This document shows, piece after piece, positions 8,695-21,026 of a stretch of DNA of 64,000 nucleotides. The first letter of the stretch is position 1. The number at the start of each line of letters is the position of its first letter. Location: contig CAVUVW010000016.1 of assembly GCA_963745035.1 (NCBI GenBank), positions 64,001 to 128,000 on the forward strand, written 5' to 3'. This DNA comes from an uncultured delta proteobacterium. GTDB lineage: Bacteria; Desulfobacterota; Binatia; UBA9968. The notes beneath the pieces were generated by a model, which did no database searches, was not told where the DNA came from, and saw only the letters and a program-made list of their open reading frames with translations. A program made the position numbers and the translations under genes.

Positions 8695-10449
8695 GTGATC
8701 AAGATCAACCAGCTTTCCAAGTCGTATTTCGCGCGCGAGCTTTTCGCGGACGTGAACTTGCAGATGAACGCCGGCGAGCGTTTGGGCCTGGTCGGGCGCA
8801 ACGGGCACGGCAAGACGACGCTCTTCAGGCTTATCCTGGGGCAGGAAGAGCCCGACGCCGGCGACATCACCATTCCGCGCAATTATCGCATCGGCCATCT
8901 CGAGCAGCACCTGCGCTTTACTCGGGCGACGATCCTGGAAGAAGCGGCGCTGGGGTTGCCGGAGGAGGAATCTCATTCCATCTACAAAGCCGAAGCTATC
9001 CTCTCCGGCCTGGGATTCGCACCCTCGGACTTCGAGAAAGCGCCCGGCGAGTTTTCCGGCGGTTTTCAGATCCGCATCAATCTCGCCAAGCTCCTGCTCT
9101 CCGAGCCCGATCTGCTTTTGCTCGACGAGCCGACCAACTATCTCGACATCACCTCGGTGCGCTGGATCACGCGCTTTCTGTCGAACTTCAGGGGCGAGGT
9201 GATGCTGATCTCCCACGATCGCGACTTCATGGACAAAGTCACGACGCACACCGCCGTGATCCATCGCCAGAAAGTTCGCAAGTTCGAGGGCGGCACGGCC
9301 AAGGCTTATGCGCAAATCGTTCTCGAAGACGAGATCCACGAAAAGACCCGCGCCAACGAAGAAAAAAAGCGTGCCCAGGCCGAGGCCTTCATCAACCGCT
9401 TTCGCGCCCAGGCATCCAAAGCCAAGTTGGTGCAGTCGCGCATCAAGATGCTCGAGCGGCTTCCCAAGCTCGACGAACTCGCCGCTATCGAGTCTTTGGA
9501 TTTCGAGTTTCGCCATGCCCCGTTTTCTGCCAAGACTTTGCTCGAAGCGCGCGATCTGTCGTTCGGCTACACGCCGGATCACATCTTATTTCGCGGGCTG
9601 AACCTCATCGTCAATGCGCGCGATAGATTCGGCGTGATCGGCAACAACGGCAAGGGCAAATCGACCCTGCTGAATGTCATCGCCGGCGGGCTTGCGCCGA
9701 TGACCGGCGCGATCAAAACCCATCCCGACATGAAGCTGGGCTACTTCGGCCAAACCAACATTCAACGGCTCGATCCGAAGCTCACCGTCGAAGAAGAGAT
9801 CGAGCGGACCAACTCGGCGCTCAGCCGGACCCAGGTACGCAACATCTGCGGCACGATGATGTTCGGCGGCGATCTGGCCTTGAAGAAAGTCGCAGTGCTG
9901 TCGGGCGGCGAAAAAAGCCGCACCCTCCTGGGCAAGATCCTGGCTCATCCGTCGAATCTTCTTTTGCTCGACGAGCCCAACAACCACCTCGACATGGAAT
10001 CCATCGACGCCCTGATCGAGAGCCTGCAAAACTTTCCCGGCGCCGTGTTGATGGTGACCCACAACGAGCGCATTCTGCGCGCGCTGGCGACCAAGCTGAT
10101 CGTCTTTCACCGCGGCAAGGCGGAGGTCTTCCATTCGAGTTACGATGAGTTTCTGGAAAAGATCGGCTGGGAGGAGGAAAGCGACAGCAATGGCGCGCAG
10201 AAAAAGCCGACGCCGCGAATGGATTACGACGAGAGAAAAGAACGTGAAAAAGCCGAGCGCAGGGAAAAAGCACGGTTCGAAAAGCTCGAGGCGCGAATTC
10301 TCGAGAGCGAAAGCGCGCTGAAGCAATACAACGAAAAGCTCGAGATCGAAGCCGACCGCAACAATCTCGCTCAGCTCCACGAGCTATCGAAGAAAATCAG
10401 CGAGCTAAAGCAGGAAATCGAGGATCTGTATAGCCAGTATGAAGATTAG
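8695..10449 (+). CDS. ABC-F family ATP-binding protein
   Basis: Two ABC domains (GRNGHGKT/FSGG/LLLLDEPTN and GNNGKGKS/LSGGE/LLLLDEPNN), no TM segments, coiled-coil tail. Confidence 0.93.
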   Translation: MIKINQLSKSYFARELFADVNLQMNAGERLGLVGRNGHGKTTLFRLILGQEEPDAGDITIPRNYRIGHLEQHLRFTRATILEEAALGLPEEESHSIYKAEAILSGLGFAPSDFEKAPGEFSGGFQIRINLAKLLLSEPDLLLLDEPTNYLDITSVRWITRFLSNFRGEVMLISHDRDFMDKVTTHTAVIHRQKVRKFEGGTAKAYAQIVLEDEIHEKTRANEEKKRAQAEAFINRFRAQASKAKLVQSRIKMLERLPKLDELAAIESLDFEFRHAPFSAKTLLEARDLSFGYTPDHILFRGLNLIVNARDRFGVIGNNGKGKSTLLNVIAGGLAPMTGAIKTHPDMKLGYFGQTNIQRLDPKLTVEEEIERTNSALSRTQVRNICGTMMFGGDLALKKVAVLSGGEKSRTLLGKILAHPSNLLLLDEPNNHLDMESIDALIESLQNFPGAVLMVTHNERILRALATKLIVFHRGKAEVFHSSYDEFLEKIGWEEESDSNGAQKKPTPRMDYDERKEREKAERREKARFEKLEARILESESALKQYNEKLEIEADRNNLAQLHELSKKISELKQEIEDLYSQYED

Positions 10450-10464
10450 AACCCGCGCGACTTC

Positions 10465-11646
10465 TCATCGCTTCGCAGGCGTCGCCCGGAGGATCTGCCC
10501 GCCGCGCGCATCGGTGAGAAGGTACAACGAGCCGTCCGGCGCCTGGCGCACGTCGCGGATGCGCTCGCGCAAGTCGCCGAGATAGCGTTCCTCCTGCGCG
10601 ACCTTGCCGTCCTTCATCACCAGGCGCACCAAGCCTCCCGGAGTCAGCGAGCCGATGAGAAAATTGTCCTTCCAATCGGCGAACAGATCGCCGGTGTAAA
10701 CGGCCATGCCCGAAGGCGCGATCACCGGGTCCCAGTAGTAGACCGGCTGCTCCATGCCCGGTTTCGCCGTGCCTTCGCCGATTTTTAAACGGGAATAGTG
10801 AGTGCCGTAGGAAATGACCGGCCAGCCGTAGTTTTTTCCGGCTTCCGGATGATTCAACTCGTCCCCGCCGCGCGCGCCGTGCTCCACCGTCCAGAGCTGT
10901 CCGGTCTCGGGATGAAGCGCGGCGGCTTGGACGTTGCGATGGCCGTAGGACCAGATCTCCGGCCGCGCGCCGTCGCGATTGACGAACGGATTGTCGCGCG
11001 GCGCCGAACCGTCGGCATTGATGCGCACAACTTTGCCGATCGTCGCCGACAGATCCTGCGCCCGCTCGGAGTGATTGAAGCGCTCGCCCAAAGTCACGAA
11101 CAGTGTGCCGTCGCGGCGAAACACGATTCTCGATCCCCAATGGTTGGAGCCGCTGACTTTGGGCTGTTGGCGCCAGATCACCTGGGTATTGTCCAGCGCG
11201 CGCTCGCCGAGCCGGCCGCGCACGACCGCGGTGCCTGCGCCGCCTTCGCCGGGCTCGGCGAAAGAGAGATAGACCAGCCGATCTTTATCAAAAGTCGGGC
11301 TCAACGCCACGTCGAGAAGTCCGCCTTGCCCGCTCGCGTAAACCTGCGGCACGCCGGTGAGCGCTTCGGAGATTTTTCCGTCCGCCGCGACGATGCGCAA
11401 GCGCCCCGGACGTTCGGTGACAAGCATCCGCTTGTCGGGCAGGATCTCGAGGCCCCAGGGGTGTTCCAGCCCTTTGGCGATAGCCTGGACGTTGACGACT
11501 CCAGATACCGAAGCGGGCGTCGGCGAGCGCTGCGCTTGCGCCTGCAGCGGCTGCACCCACGTCGCCATCAAGGCTATGAATAGGAAACAGATTCTCAAGG
11601 CATACGCGATCGTGCGAAAAGAAATGGACGGATGATCCTGTGACAT
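10465..11646 (-). CDS. PQQ-dependent sugar dehydrogenase (YliI/GSDH family), secreted
   Basis: GLEHPWGL; GQGGLLDVALSP; HWGSRI; SYGHRNVQ; EHGARGGDELN; GKNYGWP; RIRDVRQAPDG. Confidence 0.92.
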   Translation of the reverse strand: MSQDHPSISFRTIAYALRICFLFIALMATWVQPLQAQAQRSPTPASVSGVVNVQAIAKGLEHPWGLEILPDKRMLVTERPGRLRIVAADGKISEALTGVPQVYASGQGGLLDVALSPTFDKDRLVYLSFAEPGEGGAGTAVVRGRLGERALDNTQVIWRQQPKVSGSNHWGSRIVFRRDGTLFVTLGERFNHSERAQDLSATIGKVVRINADGSAPRDNPFVNRDGARPEIWSYGHRNVQAAALHPETGQLWTVEHGARGGDELNHPEAGKNYGWPVISYGTHYSRLKIGEGTAKPGMEQPVYYWDPVIAPSGMAVYTGDLFADWKDNFLIGSLTPGGLVRLVMKDGKVAQEERYLGDLRERIRDVRQAPDGSLYLLTDARGGQILRATPAKR

Positions 11647-11913
11647 GCTGTTTACTCCCTGATCTCTTCGTGCCGGCGCAGCCGAGCCTGCGCCATTTTT
11701 AAGAGCATAAGATTTGCGATAGGTCGGATCAACCGGGCGATTGCGAATAAATCGTTTGCTGAAACTAGTGATTTTGTATCGGCGATCGGTTCGAACCCGG
11801 CGAAACACGCAAACAATCCGATAGGCTTTCTTGACAGCTCCATTTCTCTGCCATAAAGCACGTTTGTCGGACTGAAAAATTATGACCGCTTGCTGAGCGC
11901 GGCAGGAGGAACC

Positions 11914-12969
11914 ATGTTTCGCGTAGACGTCGATGCCCACATAGACGAATCGGAAGCGACCTGGGAATACCTCGACGACGGAGCGCGCCGCTTCAAGCCG
12001 GTCACGCTCGATCCCGGAGCCGCGACCGCGCCGGGCGATAGCCGGCCACACCGCCTCTGGCTCATCGACGGCACAATCAGACTCCGGCGCTGGCGCGACG
12101 ACAAGCGCACTGGGACCGTGCAGGCGACTCGCGAGTTGCTGGACGTGGAAGCGCGCCTCCGCCACATGGATGAGCTGCGCGTCGACGTGCAGGTCCTCTA
12201 CCCGACTCTTTTTCTTCATGCTTTCACCGCACGATCGGAGATCGATGTGGCGCTCTGCAAGTCTTACAATCGTTGGATCGCCAAGGCCACGGAGAAGAGC
12301 CGCGGGCGGCTGCGCTGGGTCGCGATGCTGCCGCTGCTCGACATCGACAAGTCGGTCGAGGAGCTGCGTTGGGCGAAGGATCACGGCGCCTGCGGTGTGT
12401 TCAAGAAGGGCATCGAATGTGGCGATCGCGCCGCGAGCGATCCCTACTTCTTTCCGGTCTACGATGAGGCGAGCCGCCTCGACCTGCCCATCTGCATCCA
12501 CAACGCGACCGGCAACGTCGAGTCCGCCACCGCCGAAGGATCAGGGCTTGGCGGAAACATGGTCGCCATCGCCGCGTTCAGCGCGCTTATCGAACATGGC
12601 ATCCCGGACATGTTTCCGAAGCTTCGAGTGGGCTTCATCGAAACCGGCGCATCCTGGATACCTTTTCTCTACGCCGATCTCGTGGCCAAGAAACTTCGCC
12701 GCACGTTCCTGCCCATCGACTTCACGGAAGACTTGTTTCGCCGCAACCGCATCTATGTGGCATGCCAAACCAACGACGATCTCCCGTACATCTTAAAGTA
12801 CGGCACCGAAGACAGCTTGATGATCGGCACCGACTACAGCCACGCCGACCAGTCCGCCGAGATCGAGGCCCTGGACGTCATCGAGCAGCGCGGCGCAAAA
12901 GGCGAAATCCCCGCCTCTGTCGCCCGCAAGATCCTCGACGACAACCCGCGCCGGTTCTACGGGCTGTAG
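11914..12969 (+). CDS. Amidohydrolase family 2 protein
   Basis: VDVDAHIDE; QVLYPT; PICIH; FIETGASW; GTDYSHAD; RBS GGAGGA. Confidence 0.9.
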   Translation: MFRVDVDAHIDESEATWEYLDDGARRFKPVTLDPGAATAPGDSRPHRLWLIDGTIRLRRWRDDKRTGTVQATRELLDVEARLRHMDELRVDVQVLYPTLFLHAFTARSEIDVALCKSYNRWIAKATEKSRGRLRWVAMLPLLDIDKSVEELRWAKDHGACGVFKKGIECGDRAASDPYFFPVYDEASRLDLPICIHNATGNVESATAEGSGLGGNMVAIAAFSALIEHGIPDMFPKLRVGFIETGASWIPFLYADLVAKKLRRTFLPIDFTEDLFRRNRIYVACQTNDDLPYILKYGTEDSLMIGTDYSHADQSAEIEALDVIEQRGAKGEIPASVARKILDDNPRRFYGL

Positions 12970-13161
12970 GCGAGCTTGCAGAGAAAATATCGCCGCGGCG
13001 CCAACCACATGGGGTCCGGCGCGGTTTTCGGTCATGCGCATTGCCGGCCGTTGTTTGCTTTCATCTCTCGAAAAAGAGGGAAAGGGGAGATTTCCCGGAG
13101 TGAAACCGTCAAACAGTGCTCGGCTTATGGCTTTTCCTCCTGCTCACAGTTGAAATGTTGC

Positions 13162-13191
13162 TTGACATTCGAATTGCCGGCCCAATATGCT
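13162..13191 (+). promoter_or_regulatory. Putative sigma70 promoter
   Basis: TTGACA-18 nt-TATGCT upstream of the binding-protein gene. Confidence 0.45.
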
Positions 13192-13281
13192 CCGCCTGGT
13201 AAACTGACGCTTTCATATTCACCGAACAGGTAAGCGTAAGCGCTTTGTGCTAATCGATCTCTCGTCGAGGGAGCGTGCCCC

Positions 13282-14271
13282 ATGAGATTCGGGCTTAAAG
13301 TTGCTTTGAGCATTATCGTCTCGCTCTTGGCGCTCTCGTCTTCCCCCTGTCGATCCCAGGAAAAAGTAAAATTCCCGATTGCGGCGTCCAGTAAGACTCT
13401 GGGCTATGGGCCTCTTTGGGTCGCTTGGAAGCAAGGCTTCTTCGACCAGCTGGGTCTGGACGCGCAAGTGGTTCTGCTGCGCGGCACGCCGCCGTCGGTT
13501 CAAGCGCTTGTCGCCGGTTCCGTTTACGTTGGCGGCGCTACGCCGGATGCAGTGATGGACGTAAGCGAGCGCGGCATTGATTTGGTGATGGTGGTCGGTT
13601 TGATCAACGGTCTCTCTCACGCGATCATGGGTGGAAAAAATTACAAACGCTATGAAGATCTGCGCGGCGCGACGATTGGCGGTCAGAGCTTGACCTCGGG
13701 CATCACGTTCCCCTTGAGACAGGTGTTAAAATCCAAGGGATTGGAATATCCGCGCGATTACAAACTGGTCAACGTCGGCGGAACCGCCGATCTTTTCGCC
13801 GCGCTATCGAGCGGTCAGATTGCCGCAGCGCCACTCGCGATACCGCTTAATTTTGCCGCCGAAGAAGCGGGATTCAATGTGATCGGCTGGTATCGAGACG
13901 TACTTCCGAACTATCAGCTCACCGCGATGACCGTGAAACGCTCTTGGGCGGAAGCCAACCGGCCTCTGCTGATCCGTTTCGTCAAAGGCATGGCTCTGGC
14001 GATGCGTTGGGTGTTCGAAAACAAGGAGCCGGCGATTGATTTTTTAACCAAGGAAATGAAGCTCAAACCAGCGCACGCCCGCCAGGGATGGGAATACTAT
14101 ACAGCGAATCGAATTTGGTACCCGGACTCGGATATCAATACCGAAGGCGTGAAGACCCTGATCCAAATCTACGGCGAGCAGGGCCAACTCAAGGGCCCCC
14201 TGCCAAGTCCGGCAAGATATGTGGATCAGAGTTATTTGAAAGATGCATTGAAAGAGCTGGGCAATAGATGA
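13282..14271 (+). CDS. ABC transporter substrate-binding protein (SsuA/NMT1-like)
   Basis: Signal peptide; PLWVAWKQGFF; QALVAGS; DLRGATIG; YVDQSYL. Confidence 0.88.
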   Translation: MRFGLKVALSIIVSLLALSSSPCRSQEKVKFPIAASSKTLGYGPLWVAWKQGFFDQLGLDAQVVLLRGTPPSVQALVAGSVYVGGATPDAVMDVSERGIDLVMVVGLINGLSHAIMGGKNYKRYEDLRGATIGGQSLTSGITFPLRQVLKSKGLEYPRDYKLVNVGGTADLFAALSSGQIAAAPLAIPLNFAAEEAGFNVIGWYRDVLPNYQLTAMTVKRSWAEANRPLLIRFVKGMALAMRWVFENKEPAIDFLTKEMKLKPAHARQGWEYYTANRIWYPDSDINTEGVKTLIQIYGEQGQLKGPLPSPARYVDQSYLKDALKELGNR

Positions 14272-14371
14272 ACTGTGGCCACGAAATTAAACGGAAACAA
14301 ACTCTACCAACGCGCCGATCCGCCTCGCGAGCGATGACTTCTGGATGAGTAGACGCTTGCCGTTAAACTCA

Positions 14372-14490
14372 GATGATCGGTAGCGACTAAAGCCACGCTG
14401 GTCAGTCCGCCGAGACCCGGGCGCTGGACGTCGTCGAGCAACGCGGCGAAAACAACGAAATCCCCGCCTCCCGTCGCCCGTAAGCCGCTC
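14372..14490 (+). pseudogene. Degenerate fragment of an amidohydrolase 3' end
   Basis: MIGSD*SHAGQSAETRALDVVEQRGENNEIPAS aligns by eye with MIGTDYSHADQSAEIEALDVIEQRGAKGEIPAS at about 12820-12920. Confidence 0.75.
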
Positions 14491-14558
14491 TTCGGCGGAC
14501 ACCCCCACCTGACTGGCTGCTCTTGCTCGTCTTCCTTCGATGACTCGACGACTTGAGC

Positions 14559-15744
14559 TTATTGAATCAGATCTCTAAATCTCTTCATGCTGAAACTGCT
14601 GATATCGATCTTGCTTTTGCCGTCGATGACTTGCTCCGCCAGCGCCTCCCCGATCGCCGCCGAGTGTTTGAATCCATGGCCTGAGCAAGGCGACGCAATC
14701 ATGATGCGATCGTTGTCCGGGTGAACGTCGATGACGAAGTTTGAGTCGGGGGTTGTCGTATACAGACAGCTTGCTGCGGTTCCGCAGGAATCGGAAATTC
14801 CCGGTAAACGGCCTCGGACATAACCTTTGTACATGGATTGCTTTTCTTCCATGCCAACGTCCTGCTGCACGTGATCGGGATCGATGATCGCCTTGAATTG
14901 CTCGGTCGCAATCTTGATCGTTTTTCCGTCGAGCGTCGGAAACCCGTAGAAACCAAACTCGCCGCCCTTTTTAAAGATCCAAATGAAAATCGGAAAGGCG
15001 GGCGACGCAAACGTCGAGCGGCAATCTTCCCTGATGTCGAACCAGTACATGACCTGGCGGGACACCTTGAACACATGCGCGTATGCCGGCGGCAAGAAAC
15101 GGGCGATCCAGGGTCCAGCGGTGATGATGACCTTCTCGGCAGAGTAGGCGCCGTTGCCGGTCGCGACCGTCACTTCGGAATCACCGCTGTTTTCGACCGA
15201 AACAACGATCTCATTAGTTTGAACAACTGCGCCGTGCTCGGTCGCGAGATGAAGCTGCGCCTCGATACAAAGTTCCGGCCTGAGAAATCCGGTTTCATAT
15301 TCGAAGTAAGCGCGCTCATCGGTTACGGCGAACTGCGGATAGCGTCTTCTGTATGTCCGCGGTTTCGAGGATTTCATGGCGGATATCGAACTTCTCGGCA
15401 CAGCGGATCGCTTGGTCTAAAAAATCAGGCCGGCCGTGCATGACGGCCTCGCTCTTCTGACTCTCCAGGGTCAAACCGCCCGTGATCGTCAGGAGCTTCT
15501 TGCCGGTTTCGTTTTCGATCTCGCGCCACAATTCATAGGAGCGCAGCACCAAGGGAACATATTCCTCGCCTTCACCAATCGCCTGGCGGATGATCCGGCT
15601 CTCGCCGTGAGACGAGCCGTTGGCATGCGGCGGGGAAAACCGATCGAGTCCAAGCACCTTGTTGCCCCGTTTCGCCAGTTGGTAAAGCGCGGCGCTTCCC
15701 ATAGCGCCGAGACCGCATACGATGGTGTCGAACTTAGTGGCCAA
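14559..15744 (-). CDS. solA: N-methyl-L-tryptophan oxidase / monomeric sarcosine oxidase (frameshift near 15348)
   Basis: GLGAMGS; GSSHGESRIIRQA; CLYTTTPD; CSGHGFK; two overlapping ORFs join into one gene. Confidence 0.9.
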
Positions 15745-15758
15745 GACTCTGTTTCGTC

Positions 15759-15928
15759 AGTTCAAAACGGTCAAGCCGTTCGATCTCTCGGATCGAGTCT
15801 GGGCTTTGTTCAAGCCGTTTAACCCGGTTCGTGAGAATAAACCCGAGAGTTTCAATCGAATTTACCTTGAACATTGAACCCTTCGACCGAGCTCAAGGCA
15901 GGCATGGAACTTAGAACCTGGAATCTGC
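15759..15928. repeat. Cluster of GTTCAA-type short repeats with an embedded CCCTTCGAC..GCTCA.G element
   Basis: gttcaaaac/ggtcaagcc/gttcgatc; ttgaaca/ttgaacc; CCCTTCGACCGAGCTCAAGGCAGGC at 15879-15903. Confidence 0.6.
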
Positions 15929-16135
15929 ACGTTTGCTCAATTGCGCAAACGTGCAAATATTTAGCGGCTCGAGACATATGGTCGTTAGGAGGAGTGTCGC
16001 GCTTTCCTCTGGTCGCCGCCGGTGAACCCGCGCCCAGTTTCGTTCCGCCCAGGTGCGCGCCGGTGAAACGAAACCGCGCGCCGGGGATTCAAGATTGGCA
16101 GTAGCCTTAGAAGTCCGACGCATTCTTCGAAACCC

Positions 16136-17188
16136 TCAGTTGGCGAGAATTTTCTTCACCTTCTCGACGACGTCCGGCGGAGAGTCGAAAATCTCTTTTA
16201 CCAACTTTTCCAGCTCTTCACCTGTGGCTGGGTCTATATCCATACGGCCCTTTTTTGCTTCCTCGATCACTTCGGGATCGTTCAAGGTTTTGACGAAGGC
16301 GTCTCTCAGCATCTTGACTCGATCGGGCGGGGTGCCCGGCGTCACCATCATCGGCCGGCCGAAATCTCCCGCGGCCAAAAGCACCTGCGCGAGACGGCGG
16401 CTGTTGGCCGGCACCTTGTATTGATCGAAGAGTTCGTTGAGCGTCGGCGCGTCGGTGACACGCGGATCCTTTTTATTGGAGGTGTAAACGAGATGCCGGT
16501 CGAAACCCCTCTTGTGCCAGGTATCGAAGGGTTCGCGGCCGAAGTGGGCGGACATGCTGTGCGCGCGGCAAACAACCTCGTTTTTTTCCACCGCCAGATC
16601 GATCTCGGTGCCGCCGGCGTAGCCCAATACGGTGTTGAACTTCGCTCCCACCGTCTCCTCCAATACTTTGGAGAGGATATAGTCGCTGCTCGCGGTGCCG
16701 CTGCCGCCGCATTTGGGCGGCTCCTTCGCTTTGATGATATCTGCGATGGATTTGTAGGGAGCGTCGGCGCGCATGTAGAAGACGATAGCTTCAGTCACGG
16801 GAGTGCCGATGAATCGGAACTTGCGCATATCGAACTGGACTTCCTTACGCCCTGCGAACTGGTCGATGTAGACGCCGTTGAGCGGCATGACCAGGGTCAG
16901 ACCGTCCGGTTTCGCCACGTTGTAGACATGATTGGTAGCGATCACGGAGCCGGCGCCGGTCATGTTTTGCACGATGAACTCGGGCTGGCCGGGAATATAC
17001 TTGCCCATGTACTTGCCGAACAGACGGCCCCACCGGTCATAAAATCCGCCGGCCGTCGAGCCCACCATGATGCGAATGGTCTTTCCCTTGTAGAACTGAT
17101 CGCCCTGCGCTCCGGCCTTGGGAGCGATGCCCGGAAGAATCATCGAAAAACAGAAAATCAGTGTAAGCAAAAGCGCTCGTTTTTTCAT
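16136..17188 (-). CDS. Tripartite tricarboxylate transporter (TctC/Bug-like) substrate-binding protein
   Basis: FYKGKTIRIMVGSTAGGFYD; QNMTGAGS; AKPDGLTL; PGTPPDRV. Confidence 0.88.
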   Translation of the reverse strand: MKKRALLLTLIFCFSMILPGIAPKAGAQGDQFYKGKTIRIMVGSTAGGFYDRWGRLFGKYMGKYIPGQPEFIVQNMTGAGSVIATNHVYNVAKPDGLTLVMPLNGVYIDQFAGRKEVQFDMRKFRFIGTPVTEAIVFYMRADAPYKSIADIIKAKEPPKCGGSGTASSDYILSKVLEETVGAKFNTVLGYAGGTEIDLAVEKNEVVCRAHSMSAHFGREPFDTWHKRGFDRHLVYTSNKKDPRVTDAPTLNELFDQYKVPANSRRLAQVLLAAGDFGRPMMVTPGTPPDRVKMLRDAFVKTLNDPEVIEEAKKGRMDIDPATGEELEKLVKEIFDSPPDVVEKVKKILAN

Positions 17189-17546
17189 ATCAAACTCCTT
17201 TCGCTGCCTGGATCATCTGCCGTGTTGACGGTTCAACGCTCCGCGCGCCCTATTCAATCGCTCTCTCCTCCGTGAAGTCGTGGACTATATCGAAGCCTGA
17301 TCGGTGTCAATCCCCGTTCGGAGCAACAGGCCTCCGGAGTTCTTGATTTGTCTCTACATCAACGAAGGCTGAACGTGTTCTCGGTATCTAGAAAGCACAA
17401 ATTCCAAGATTGACATTGAGAGCCGATTATCGGAAGTTCTCCCCTGGAAATTGGCGAGAGCGCCAGCTTGTCGGCTGTAAGCTCAAGAACAAACTTCTAC
17501 CATTCATCGCAGTCGTGATTCGCCCTGAAGTCGCGCAGGAGGTTGC

Positions 17547-18602
17547 ATGAAAAAACTGACTGTCATGATCTTCTTGGCCATGCTGGCGGGCTTCGGGCTT
17601 CCTGGACATGGACTCTCTCAGTCCAACTTCTATCAGGGTAAGACCATCAGTGTTGTTTACGGGGGCGGTCCCGGCGGGACGGTGGATTTGCGCTTCAGAG
17701 CCACCGCTGCTGTGCTCCGGAAGCACATACCGGGAAGACCGACTTTCGTCATCGAGTACATGCCCGGCGGCGGATCCCGCAAGGCCGGAAACTACATCTA
17801 CAGGGCCCGAGCGGACGGGCTCACGATGGGCGTCATGCTCTCGAGCTTCGTGCCGGCGGCGGTGCTGGGCCTGAGCGGTGTACTCTACGACATCGACAAG
17901 CTCCACTACCTTGGCTCTCCTACGAGCGGCGAGCCTTACATCTTCGTGACCCGCAAGGAGGCGCGCCTGGACACGATTGAAAAACTTCGCGGCGCCTCGG
18001 GCGTGCGCATCGGTGCTCAGTCGGTGGGGCACAACCTCTACAACATCGGCCGGATTTCCGCGTATGTGCTCGGTCTGAAGGATGCGAAGTTCATCACGGG
18101 GTTTGCTCAAGGCGACGAGGTCAACCTGGCTATGATGCAAGGCGAGATGGATGGCCGCTGGACCATTCAGCAAACCCTGGTGCGACAGGCGCCCGAGTGG
18201 ATCTCGAAAAAGCTAGTGGACTTTCATATCGTCCACGACGTTCCGAAGGGGCGAAGACACCCGCATCCGGTCTATGCCCAGCTCCCCGAACTCGAACGGT
18301 TCACGAAATCGGACAAGGAGCGGAAGATCCTTGCGATGCAAAGGGCATTCGTCAGCGCGGGCACTCCCTTTATGTTTCCGCCGGGAACGCCGGCCGACAA
18401 AGTCCAGATGTTGCGCGAGGCGATGCGCAAGACTTTCGCCGATCCGGAATTTTTTGCGGAATTCAAAAAACTTGTCGGCGAGGAGCCCGACCCGTTGCCG
18501 GCGGAGGAGTTGGAGAAGGCGATTCGCGACCTGCCGCGCGACAAAGAAACCGTCGACTTGTTCAACAAACTCTCCGGCGCGGATCCGTTGCCGGCACCGT
18601 AG
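17547..18602 (+). CDS. TctC/Bug-like substrate-binding protein
   Basis: FYQGKTI; YMPGGGS; ADGLTMG; PPGTPADKV. Confidence 0.88.
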   Translation: MKKLTVMIFLAMLAGFGLPGHGLSQSNFYQGKTISVVYGGGPGGTVDLRFRATAAVLRKHIPGRPTFVIEYMPGGGSRKAGNYIYRARADGLTMGVMLSSFVPAAVLGLSGVLYDIDKLHYLGSPTSGEPYIFVTRKEARLDTIEKLRGASGVRIGAQSVGHNLYNIGRISAYVLGLKDAKFITGFAQGDEVNLAMMQGEMDGRWTIQQTLVRQAPEWISKKLVDFHIVHDVPKGRRHPHPVYAQLPELERFTKSDKERKILAMQRAFVSAGTPFMFPPGTPADKVQMLREAMRKTFADPEFFAEFKKLVGEEPDPLPAEELEKAIRDLPRDKETVDLFNKLSGADPLPAP

Positions 18603-18659
18603 GCCGTTTCGCCTCATCACAGCTAAGAGTCAAATAGTTTCGTTCGCCGAGCAGTGACT

Positions 18660-18716
18660 AACCGTTCAAGTCGTTCAAACCGTTCAATCGCTTCACTCCG
18701 TTCAAATCGTTACGGA
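18660..18716. repeat. Nonamer tandem repeat (CGTTCAA..)
   Basis: ccgttcaag tcgttcaaa ccgttcaat cgcttcact ccgttcaaa tcgttacgg. Confidence 0.8.
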
Positions 18717-18839
18717 ATCCAACGACTATTTTCGCTTGCGGTTCATCTGCCGAAATCTGCGCCGGTCTGTAGGGCGCGCTCGTGTGCGGGAACATCCTAG
18801 TCACAGGCAGTATTTGCCGCGTCCGGAGTGCTATATTGA

Positions 18840-20257
<1,418 letters not shown>

Positions 20258-20671
20258 TGTTGACCGAGAGCCGCAAAGTCTCCGGCGTTGAAGGTTAGAA
20301 CCGTTGAGACCTTGCCCTGTTCGGCGCATGCGCCGATGACCGCGTCATAGACGCGGCCACCGGCCACATTGTTCTTCGGAGCACCCAGCAACAGGGCTTC
20401 GTAAGACTTTGCAGCTAAGGCTACTACCGTTGCCAATTTCAAAAAGTTACTCTCGAGTAGAGTCAAAGCCGTTTGCGGAGATAGTCGATGCGGCGGCGGC
20501 AAGCGAGTGAGCACGGCGTAAGCCTCAATCAGGGCCGGAGCCGCGACAAACATTCTGGCTCGCCCGGCCAGCCGCCGCTCGATTTCATTTGCAGCGGCCT
20601 CATGATGCTCATGCCATGAGCATACGGCCGCAATCATACAACTCGTATCCGGAAGAAAAGCGAGCGCCACC

Positions 20672-20938
20672 CTAGGTGGAGTCACCTGAGCGCTCTTTGC
20701 GCAACGTTTGGCGGGCCCGCTCGACCGTGTCCGTCGAGAGTTGCGGGGTGCCCTTGGTGGGAACAGCCACAAGCAACCGCCCTTTCCGTTGGAGCTTCAC
20801 CGGCAAAGGCGCCGGCGTAATGGCAATGGCGCCCTTTTCCCAACGAACTTCGAGCGGCATTCCTGGCTTTATGCCTGATTCGCGGCGAATGTCCTTGGGA
20901 ATCACCAGCCGGCCGGCATGATCGATGGTCGTTTTCAT
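20672..20938 (-). CDS. vapB: AbrB/MazE/SpoVT-family antitoxin
   Basis: MKTTIDHAGRLVIPKDIRRESGIKPG; immediately upstream of the PIN toxin. Confidence 0.85.
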   Translation of the reverse strand: MKTTIDHAGRLVIPKDIRRESGIKPGMPLEVRWEKGAIAITPAPLPVKLQRKGRLLVAVPTKGTPQLSTDTVERARQTLRKERSGDST

Positions 20939-21026
20939 GGTATCAAAAATACCATAACTCCTACCGTCCGCCAAGCCAACGAGCGGCAAGTCTCCCTCAG
21001 GCAGAGCGCGGGCCGATAGAGAGAAA

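Noticed and set aside
11647-12501. 678-aa ORF suggesting a long N-terminal extension of the PQQ dehydrogenase
   Set aside because: The extension is the antisense shadow of the amidohydrolase at 11914-12969; the signal peptide follows Met at 11646.
18660-18716. Short repeat arrays as a possible CRISPR (also 8516 and 63150)
   Set aside because: Units are 7-9 nt and abut each other with no unique spacers; no cas genes are present.
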